This document shows, in pieces, positions 8,587 through 15,074 of a DNA stretch of 15,074 nt (its first letter is position 1; each line of letters begins with the position of its first letter). Location of the stretch: assembly GCA_051117555.1 (NCBI GenBank), contig JBNPEG010000218.1:1-15074 (forward strand), given 5' to 3'. The DNA comes from Elainellaceae cyanobacterium (GTDB lineage: Bacteria > Cyanobacteriota > Cyanobacteriia > CAZCXK01). Both the position numbers and the translations under genes were made by a program. A model generated the notes under the pieces. It did no database searches. It was not told the origin of the DNA and was given only the letters and a program-made list of their open reading frames with translations.

Positions 8587-9162
8587 ATGACTGCACACAT
8601 TCGATCCATTACGCTGGCCGAATTTCTAAAATTGCCAGAAACCAAACCTGCTAATGAATATTTTGAGGGACAAATTTATCAGCGGGGTATTCCCCAAGGC
8701 AAGCACAGCACGCTTCAATCTCGGTTGGTCAACACTATCAATGCAGCAGGGTTTCCAAATCGAGTTGCCTATGCCTTTCCAGAGCTACGCTGTACCTTGG
8801 GCGGACGATCCATCGTTCCGGATGTAGCGGTATTTCAATGGGCTCATATCCCCTTCGATGTGGACGGGGAAATCGCCAATATATTCGAGCGGGCTCCCGA
8901 TTGGATGATTGAAATTTTTCTGCCGGATCAATCTCCCACTCGCATGATCGACAATATCGCGTTTTCTGTCAGTCAGGGCACCCAGGTCGGTTGGCTGATT
9001 GACCCCGATGAAAAAGCGGTTGTGTGCTTTCAGCCCAATCAGGCTCCTCACGTAAAACGCCGCGCTGACGAATCCTTACCCGTTCCCAATTTTCTCAATT
9101 TAGAACTGACTGTTGGGCGAGTGTTTGATTGGTTAAAGCTAGGCGAAGGAATGCGCACTTAA
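8587..9162 (+). CDS. Uma2 family (DUF820) putative restriction endonuclease-like protein
   Basis: 'ITLAEFLKLPETKPANEY', 'PQGKHSTLQ', 'AFPELRCT.GGRSIVPDVAVF', 'APDWMIEI', 'GWLIDPDE'. The 191-aa length is typical for the family. Confidence 0.93.
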   Translation: MTAHIRSITLAEFLKLPETKPANEYFEGQIYQRGIPQGKHSTLQSRLVNTINAAGFPNRVAYAFPELRCTLGGRSIVPDVAVFQWAHIPFDVDGEIANIFERAPDWMIEIFLPDQSPTRMIDNIAFSVSQGTQVGWLIDPDEKAVVCFQPNQAPHVKRRADESLPVPNFLNLELTVGRVFDWLKLGEGMRT

Positions 9163-10205
9163 CTTTCTCTCAGTGTTCCGCAGTGCGTTGAGACGTCCTG
9201 GGTGGGGGTGCGGGTCAGCAAACCGCGCCGTTGATAGTCGCAAATCGCATCGGCAAGAGACTCGCGCAACGGGCGAAAGGTCAGCCCTAGCTCTGTTTGG
9301 GCTTTGGTGGTGTCAAATTGTAGGGGCGATCGCGCCAGTTTGACACCGGTAAGCGGGGCGGACGGCGCTTTCTGGGTCACGTAATCAGCGATGAATTCTT
9401 GGATGAAACTCACTGTAAACGCCAGCCAGTAAGGAATCTGACGCGTCGGCATGGGCAGCCCGGTCAGCTCTTCAAGAATTTCGAGCAGGTCGCCAAGCCG
9501 GAGGTTGGCATTGCCTAAGATATATCGCTCGCCGGGTTTGCCCTTCTCGGCAGCTAACAGGTGCCCCAGCGCAACATCGCGCGCATCGATGATATTGAGG
9601 GTGCTGTTGAGATAGGCGGGATAGGTGCCATTGAGAAAGCCCAGCATCATGCGAGTGGGTGGCGTAATGCGGCGATCGCCCGGTCCAATGGGCACCGTGG
9701 GATTCACAATCACCACGGGCAACCCCTTTTGAGCGGCTGCAAATGCCTCTTGTTCGGCAACAAATTTGCCTCGGCAATAGGCACCTGCCATGTCGTCGAG
9801 ACTGAGCCTCACCGATTCGTCAGTCGGGTGGTTATCGGATGAACGGCGCACGCTCTTGAGAATCGACTCGGTGGAGCAGTGCACCACCCGATCAACGCCT
9901 GCATCCATCGCCGCGTTCATCACGTTGCGCGTCCCCGTTTGGTTGATGGAGATAAATTCATCTTTGCGCGGCGACCACAGCCCCGCATTCGCCGCTAGAT
10001 GAAAGACCTGATCGATTCCATGCGTGGCGGCGTCCACCGTCGAGCGATCGGTGATGTCGCCCTGCACATAGTCTACTCCGTCTAGGGGCGGGTCAGGAGG
10101 TGCCAAATCGAGAATGCGCACCGCATCCCCCCGTTCTCGCAGCAGCATGACGATATGTTGACCAATAAATCCTGACCCTCCTGTAACCAGACACCGCTTG
10201 CTCAT
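9159..10205 (-). CDS. NAD-dependent epimerase/dehydratase, HpnA-like (hopanoid-associated sugar epimerase / DFR-like extended SDR)
   Basis: Rossmann 'VTGGSGFIG', 'VFHLAA', catalytic YxxxK 'YCRGK', and HpnA-type 'VIVNPTVPIGPGDRRITPPTRM', 'DARDVALGHLLAAEKGKPGERYILG', 'KAQTELG'. Confidence 0.85.
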   Translation of the reverse strand: MSKRCLVTGGSGFIGQHIVMLLRERGDAVRILDLAPPDPPLDGVDYVQGDITDRSTVDAATHGIDQVFHLAANAGLWSPRKDEFISINQTGTRNVMNAAMDAGVDRVVHCSTESILKSVRRSSDNHPTDESVRLSLDDMAGAYCRGKFVAEQEAFAAAQKGLPVVIVNPTVPIGPGDRRITPPTRMMLGFLNGTYPAYLNSTLNIIDARDVALGHLLAAEKGKPGERYILGNANLRLGDLLEILEELTGLPMPTRQIPYWLAFTVSFIQEFIADYVTQKAPSAPLTGVKLARSPLQFDTTKAQTELGLTFRPLRESLADAICDYQRRGLLTRTPTQDVSTHCGTLRES

Positions 10206-10253
10206 GATGTGCTCATCCGTGAATGCTTACTGATCGTATCAGGTGAGCCCATT

Positions 10254-10267
10254 GGGGCGATCGCCCC
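10254..10267. promoter_or_regulatory. 14-bp perfect palindrome (extended HIP1) in the divergent promoter region
   Basis: GGGGCGATCGCCCC near the middle of the 123-bp gap between the hpnA-like gene and the sulfotransferase. Confidence 0.3.
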
Positions 10268-10328
10268 TTCAGCATTTCATGGTGTAATGATTGAAGCCTT
10301 ATCATGTCACAGGGGTCACGATTGAGCC

Positions 10329-11489
10329 ATGTCTCCCGCACCGTCTAACCCAGCAACCCCTCGACTGCTGCATCCCTTGATGGGAGCCGACATTCAAACC
10401 CTTTTGCAGGTGCTCAGCGCCAATGGTGGCATCCCGCTCCGCTGCTGGCCGCACGTCTCGTTGGCGATCGCCACCTCCCTCGCCCGTCTGCCCATCACAG
10501 CGGTTGAGCGATTGCGGGTCGCTCAGCTTCGTCAACGCCATGCCATTAATCAGTCGGATCGGGCGGGTCGAGCGAGTCAGTCCCTTCATCAGCCTCCCGT
10601 CTTTGTCGTGGGACACTGGCGCAGTGGAACGACATTTCTCTACGAGCTGCTTTGTCAGTCGCCTCAATTTGCCTATGTGTCTCCGTTTGCCGTCGGCTTG
10701 CCCTGGGAATTTCTCACCCTAACTGAGCTGATGCGCCCGGTTTTAGAACGAGCCCTGCCGCGCGATCGCTTCATTGATTCAATGCAGGTCAACCCTGACT
10801 CGCCCCAAGAAGATGAAATTGGGCTTGCCAATATGCAGCCCGTATCTTTCTATCACGGGCTCTACTTTCCGGCTCGGTTGCGAGAACATTTCAATGCAGG
10901 AATCTTCTTCGATGGCTGTAGCCCAGAGCAGATTGAAACTTGGCAACGCGTCACCCGCCTCTTTTTTGAGAAAATTCAGCTTGAGCAACCTGGAAAACAG
11001 CTTCTGATCAAAAACCCGGTCTACACGGCGCGGGTGGCGATGCTGCGAGATATGTTTCCCGATGCCAAGTTTATTCACATTTACCGTAATCCTTACATTG
11101 TCTTTCAATCGACGCGCAATTTTTATTGGAAACTCTTCAAAGAGCTTGCGCTACAGCCGTTTGAGAATGCCCCCGTCGATGATTTGATTCTCGATAGCTA
11201 TCCTCGCATGATGGACAGGGTGCTAAAGGAAACGGCTGATCTGCCGGATCATCAATATGTTGAACTACGATTTGAAACCTTTGAAACCGACCCCATTAGC
11301 CATCTTCAGCACATCTACCACACCCTTGAAATTGAGGGATTTGATCAGGTAAAACCTAGATTTGAACGCTATCTCGACTCTAAAAAGCAGTATCGCAAAA
11401 ATCGCTATCAGTTTCCTGAGGCAGATAATCAGAGAGTGACGCAAAAATGGCGATCGCTCATTGAGCACTGGGGCTATGCGCCTCCTTGA
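10329..11489 (+). CDS. PAPS-dependent sulfotransferase (Sulfotransfer_3; resembles mycobacterial Stf3 lipid sulfotransferase)
   Basis: 5'-PSB loop 'PVFVVGHWRSGTTFLYELL' and 3'-PB 'FIHIYRNPYIVFQST', plus 'PQEDE', 'LIKNP', 'LRFETFETDP', 'YRKNRY' and C-terminal 'WGY'. Confidence 0.9.
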   Translation: MSPAPSNPATPRLLHPLMGADIQTLLQVLSANGGIPLRCWPHVSLAIATSLARLPITAVERLRVAQLRQRHAINQSDRAGRASQSLHQPPVFVVGHWRSGTTFLYELLCQSPQFAYVSPFAVGLPWEFLTLTELMRPVLERALPRDRFIDSMQVNPDSPQEDEIGLANMQPVSFYHGLYFPARLREHFNAGIFFDGCSPEQIETWQRVTRLFFEKIQLEQPGKQLLIKNPVYTARVAMLRDMFPDAKFIHIYRNPYIVFQSTRNFYWKLFKELALQPFENAPVDDLILDSYPRMMDRVLKETADLPDHQYVELRFETFETDPISHLQHIYHTLEIEGFDQVKPRFERYLDSKKQYRKNRYQFPEADNQRVTQKWRSLIEHWGYAPP

Positions 11490-11520
11490 TTTTTTTAGAA
11501 CCTAGTTGAATATAGAGCAT

Positions 11521-12066
11521 TCAAAATGCATCGATCGCCCCTTTCACTACCTCAGCAATTTTGGCTCGCTGCTCTGCGTCATAGCCCCATTTGTCTAGAA
11601 ATGCCTGATATTCACCTGTTCCTGTAGCTGCGCTTTCGTGCAATTGCTGAGCCAGCTCACTCAGATGGGGGATCTTTAAGGTTTCGATGAGATGAACCGT
11701 GCGCGATCGCACCCGATCTGATCCCTGCGCCATATCGTCGTTATTGTTGCGTCGATGGGCGATCGCCATTGCAGTCGACATAGCTACGTTTTTGACCAGC
11801 AGCTCGGCTACCGTATCGGGCGATGATTGCAACCCTTGAACCACGCCATTAGAGGGCTGATCGGCGAAGGAACGATCGTCGGTGAGGTAGGTGACAAAAA
11901 ACCCGCGTGCGCCGTTTTGAGTGTGGACTAACGAGGCGATCGCCTCCTGAATCTGAGCATCTGACAAGGTGCCCGCGTCCATTTGCTGCATCAATGTCTG
12001 GGTAAGGGCGATCGCCTGTTCAAAGGTGACATCATCTGGAACCGAAAATGCAACTGCTTCTGCCAT
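11521..12066 (-). CDS. Conserved cyanobacterial hypothetical protein (helical)
   Basis: Motifs 'TFEQAI..TQ', 'NGARGFFVTYLT', 'LLVKNVAMSTAM...H', 'YQAFLDKWGYDAEQ'. ATG at 12066 (MAEAVAF) preferred over 12144. Confidence 0.8.
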   Translation of the reverse strand: MAEAVAFSVPDDVTFEQAIALTQTLMQQMDAGTLSDAQIQEAIASLVHTQNGARGFFVTYLTDDRSFADQPSNGVVQGLQSSPDTVAELLVKNVAMSTAMAIAHRRNNNDDMAQGSDRVRSRTVHLIETLKIPHLSELAQQLHESAATGTGEYQAFLDKWGYDAEQRAKIAEVVKGAIDAF

Positions 12067-12250
12067 CGTTTCTCTAAAACCCGTTGTTGCCGATGATAGC
12101 ATTCCTGTTGGGAAGGGGCTTTTAGCCCTCTGCCATAGGTGCATTACGCTGGCGCAACAGCACTCTACTCCTGCCTTCTGCCCTCCGCCGCTATCTACTA
12201 AATTTTGGTTCTGTGTCGATTAATCCATACATCGGTACTACAATGACCAC

Positions 12251-13351
12251 ATGGCGATCATTTCTTCTCAACAACCCTCTCCCGAAAAGCGCCAACGCAC
12301 TCCCTCTGCCAAGCCTGTCGCCCATGCCTCAGAGGATGCGTTGCTCAATGCGGATGCCCAATCTTCAGAATACGGCAAGCCTGAGGAAAGTCTGCGTCCT
12401 CAGCGCATTGCTGACTATATTGGGCAAAAGTCGCTCAAGGAGGTGCTCGACATTGCCATCAAAGCGGCGCAAGCTCGCAACGAGCCGCTTGACCATTTGC
12501 TGCTGTACGGGCCACCCGGTTTGGGCAAAACCACGATGGCGCTTGTGTTGGCAACTGAGATGGGCGTCAACTGCAAGATTACAACCGCACCGGCGTTAGA
12601 ACGTCCGCGCGATATTGTTGGGCTGCTGATTAACCTCCAACCCGGCGACGTTCTCTTTATCGATGAGATTCATCGATTGCCGCGAGTCACCGAAGAAATC
12701 TTATACCCGGCAATGGAAGACTTTCGGCTCGATATCACCATTGGCAAAGGGCAAAGCGCTCGGACTCGCAGCCTTCCGCTGCAGCGATTTACCTTGGTGG
12801 GCGCAACGACACGAGTGGGCGCATTAACCTCTCCCTTGCGCGATCGCTTCGGGTTGGTGCAGCGTTTGCGCTTCTACGAGCTAGATGAACTCACCCAAAT
12901 CGTTTCGCGGACGGCAGACATTCTCAGCACTGCCATCACACCGGATGGTGCTGCTGAAATCGCCCGTCGCGCCCGTGGCACGCCCCGCATTGCCAATCGC
13001 CTCTTAAAGCGAGTGCGCGATTATGTCGAAGTCAAAGCATCCGGCGATATCACGAAATGGGTGGCGGCAGAAGCATTAGAGCTATTTAACGTCGATCCGG
13101 TTGGCTTAGATTGGACAGATCGCCGCATGCTGACCGTCATGATCGAAAATTTTGGCGGCGGCCCTGTAGGCATTGACACCCTTGCCGCCGCCACGGGCGA
13201 AGATGCCCAAACCATTGAGGAAGTCTATGAGCCTTACCTGATGCAAATCGGCTACCTGCATCGCACCCCGCGCGGACGCATCGCAACCGCCTCAGCGTGG
13301 CAGCATTTGGGCTATCAGCCGCCCGATAGCCAGCTTTCGCTGCTGTCTTGA
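12251..13351 (+). CDS. ruvB: Holliday junction branch migration helicase RuvB
   Basis: 'LRP...DYIGQ', Walker A 'GPPGLGKTT', Walker B 'LFIDEIHRL', 'LYPAMEDF', 'GATTR', 'PLRDRFG', '[16 protein letters not shown]', 'GGPVG', 'EPYL', 'RTPRGR'. Confidence 0.98.
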   Translation: MAIISSQQPSPEKRQRTPSAKPVAHASEDALLNADAQSSEYGKPEESLRPQRIADYIGQKSLKEVLDIAIKAAQARNEPLDHLLLYGPPGLGKTTMALVLATEMGVNCKITTAPALERPRDIVGLLINLQPGDVLFIDEIHRLPRVTEEILYPAMEDFRLDITIGKGQSARTRSLPLQRFTLVGATTRVGALTSPLRDRFGLVQRLRFYELDELTQIVSRTADILSTAITPDGAAEIARRARGTPRIANRLLKRVRDYVEVKASGDITKWVAAEALELFNVDPVGLDWTDRRMLTVMIENFGGGPVGIDTLAAATGEDAQTIEEVYEPYLMQIGYLHRTPRGRIATASAWQHLGYQPPDSQLSLLS

Positions 13352-13370
13352 TCGCATCATGCCATGATGA

Positions 13371-13396
13371 TTAAAGATGAAACTTAAAGATGAAAC
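13371..13396. repeat. Perfect 13-bp tandem duplication TTAAAGATGAAAC x2
   Basis: Copies at 13371-13383 and 13384-13396 in the ruvB-TPR gap. Confidence 0.85.
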
Positions 13397-13420
13397 GCGA
13401 TCGCCATCTTTTACATCGTC

Positions 13421-14248
13421 ATGCTAAATGTCATGCTGAAATTTTTTCTCTCCTGCCTCTTGATTCTCACGATGGTGTTTGGTGTTGGGTTTGGCACCTA
13501 CACGTCTGCTAATGCTCAGTCTCTAGCCGATTCAGACCTGAGTTCAACATCAGTCGAGGATCTCCGCACTCAGGTCTTTAAGGCGACAAATCAGGGCGAC
13601 TTTGCCACAGCCGAAGAATATTGGAGCGAACTCATCGAGCGCATGCCCGATAACCCTGCTCTGTGGAGCAATCGCGGCAATTCTAGAGTCAGTCAAAACA
13701 AGCTAGAAGCGGCGATCACAGACTACAACCAAGCCATTGAACTCGCACCCGATGCGCCTGACCCTTATCTCAATCGCGGCACCGCTCTCGAAGGCTTAGG
13801 GCAATGGGAAGCAGCGATCGCAGACTATAACCGCGTGTTAGAACTTGACCCGCAAGACCCCGCCGCCTACAACAACCGAGGCAACGCCAAAGCCGGAATG
13901 GGGGAATGGGAAAGTGCGATCGCAGACTATCGCAAAGCCACCGAAATTGTTCCGGACTATGCCTTTGCCTATGCCAACTATGCGCTAGCGCTCTATCAGA
14001 CCGGCGACACCGACGAAGCCATTCGGCAGATGCGAACCTTGGTGCGAAAATATCCGAAGTTTGCTGATATGCGAGCCGCCTTAACCGCAGCGCTGTGGGC
14101 AAATGGGCAATCAGGAGAAGCCGAAAGCAACTGGTTTTCTGTCGTTGGGCTAGACACTCGATATAAAGATTTAGACTGGGTGGAACATGTCCGTCGCTGG
14201 CCCCCCTCCATGGTGGACGCCTTAGGTAAATTTCTGAATTTACGTTAA
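13421..14248 (+). CDS. Tetratricopeptide repeat protein with N-terminal signal/TM segment
   Basis: 34-aa repeats (WSNRGNSR..., YLNRGTAL..., YNNRGNAK..., YANYALAL...), a hydrophobic N-terminus ending ANA-Q, and C-terminal 'DTRYKDLDWVEHVRRWPP'. The start may be 13421 or 13433. Confidence 0.92.
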   Translation: MLNVMLKFFLSCLLILTMVFGVGFGTYTSANAQSLADSDLSSTSVEDLRTQVFKATNQGDFATAEEYWSELIERMPDNPALWSNRGNSRVSQNKLEAAITDYNQAIELAPDAPDPYLNRGTALEGLGQWEAAIADYNRVLELDPQDPAAYNNRGNAKAGMGEWESAIADYRKATEIVPDYAFAYANYALALYQTGDTDEAIRQMRTLVRKYPKFADMRAALTAALWANGQSGEAESNWFSVVGLDTRYKDLDWVEHVRRWPPSMVDALGKFLNLR

Positions 14249-14252
14249 TGCC

Positions 14253-15071
14253 GTGCAGCTTTCTCATCAGCCACACTCTCACGATGCAGTATTAGGAGGT
14301 CAATCCACCGCTCCCACAAGGGGTGCAGTGCTGGGAGGGCTTGACGGAATTCGACATCGGCTGTCCAGTAACAGTGTTGAGCAACGCATCGCTGCCCTTC
14401 GACACCTTCAACCCTATGGCGATGCGGCACTAGAACTGATTATTCAGGCGTTGAATGATCGATCATGGGAGGTTCAAAAGGTAGCGTTTACCCTGCTGCA
14501 ATCGCACCCCTCAGCCGACGCCCAAGCTGCCCTTCAGCACTACGATACCTACCCATTGTTTGAATGCCTGGATTTATTAACGGGCCATGCCGGGGGCATC
14601 ACAGCGGTTGCGATTAGTCCCAACGGTCAGCTTGCCGCCAGTGCAGGCAGAGATGCCACCCTCCGCATTTGGGATTTAGGCTACCGGGAAGAAAGGCTCA
14701 CCCTTATCGAACCGTCGTTTATTTATGCGATGACCATCCAACCCGACGACCGCACCATCACGGTGAAGACCTCCAAACACACCATCAAAGCGTGGGACTT
14801 AAAAACCGAAAACTCAATTGACCCGGACGACGTGCGATCGCGGACGATTTCATCCGTCACCACCAGCGCCAACCAGCACCAAACCCACAAGCATCTCATC
14901 AGCGGCAGCCAAAACACCATTCGCATCTGGAACTTGCAACTTGGCAAAGAAGTTCGCGTCTTGCGGGGACATACCAGCTTAGTGACGGCTGTGGCTGCTA
15001 ATCCTGATCATCGCCTCATCATCAGCGGCAGCGAAGACCAGACAGTGAGAATTTGGGGCATAGATTTTTAG
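14253..15071 (+). CDS. HEAT-repeat plus WD40-repeat protein
   Basis: N-terminal 'DAVLGG...GAVLGGLDG' followed by a PBS-lyase HEAT-like segment 'RIAAL...LIIQALND.SWEVQ', then about four WD repeats (GH...LRIWD, IKAWD, IRIWN, GH...VRIWG). GTG start lies 4 bp after the TPR stop. Confidence 0.85.
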   Translation: MQLSHQPHSHDAVLGGQSTAPTRGAVLGGLDGIRHRLSSNSVEQRIAALRHLQPYGDAALELIIQALNDRSWEVQKVAFTLLQSHPSADAQAALQHYDTYPLFECLDLLTGHAGGITAVAISPNGQLAASAGRDATLRIWDLGYREERLTLIEPSFIYAMTIQPDDRTITVKTSKHTIKAWDLKTENSIDPDDVRSRTISSVTTSANQHQTHKHLISGSQNTIRIWNLQLGKEVRVLRGHTSLVTAVAANPDHRLIISGSEDQTVRIWGIDF

Positions 15072-15074
15072 TTG

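Larger units (their letters stand above)
228..14841. repeat. HIP1 octamer (GCGATCGC) dispersed throughout the window
   Basis: About 30 copies seen by eye, e.g. 228, 846, 1547, 3108, 6516, 8464, 8524, 10257, 13397, 14834. Far above random expectation for an 8-mer in 15 kb and a hallmark of cyanobacterial genomes. Confidence 0.95.

Noticed and set aside
8194..8654. 65-aa and 112-aa ORFs between hpnL-like and Uma2
   Set aside because: They are translations of the MITE/STRR repeats and overlap real genes.
2618..11489. Functional link between metH (B12/SAM supply) and hopanoid methylation
   Set aside because: No radical-SAM methylase (hpnP/hpnR) or shc in the window; proximity alone is not evidence.
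12251..13351. ruvB without adjacent ruvA/ruvC
   Set aside because: Dispersed ruv genes are normal in cyanobacteria.
930..14947. Remaining short ORFs nested in or antisense to the main genes
   Set aside because: Shadow ORFs of well-supported CDSs with no recognisable domains.

Overview
Cyanobacterial chromosomal window, judged from about 30 HIP1 octamers (GCGATCGC, counted by eye), STRR-type heptamers and typical cyanobacterial genes. Gene order: secreted fasciclin protein (-), DUF4336-like protein (+), a ~290-bp palindrome-dense intergenic block, B12-dependent methionine synthase metH (-) with a 12-bp tandem-repeat expansion in an interdomain linker, a 60-aa small ORF (+) followed by a candidate minus-strand sRNA/terminator, then a lipid-modification-like cluster. 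That cluster comprises an HpnL-like membrane protein (+), an HpnA-like NAD-dependent epimerase/reductase (-) and a divergent Stf3-like sulfotransferase (+), with a 101-bp MITE-like element and a Uma2 endonuclease gene lying between hpnL and hpnA. The window ends with a conserved hypothetical gene (-) and ruvB, a TPR protein and a HEAT/WD40 protein (+). The best candidate for an undescribed system is the hpnL-hpnA-sulfotransferase trio, which may make a sulfated hopanoid or other sulfated membrane lipid (inference). All family calls come from motif recognition; no database searches were run.
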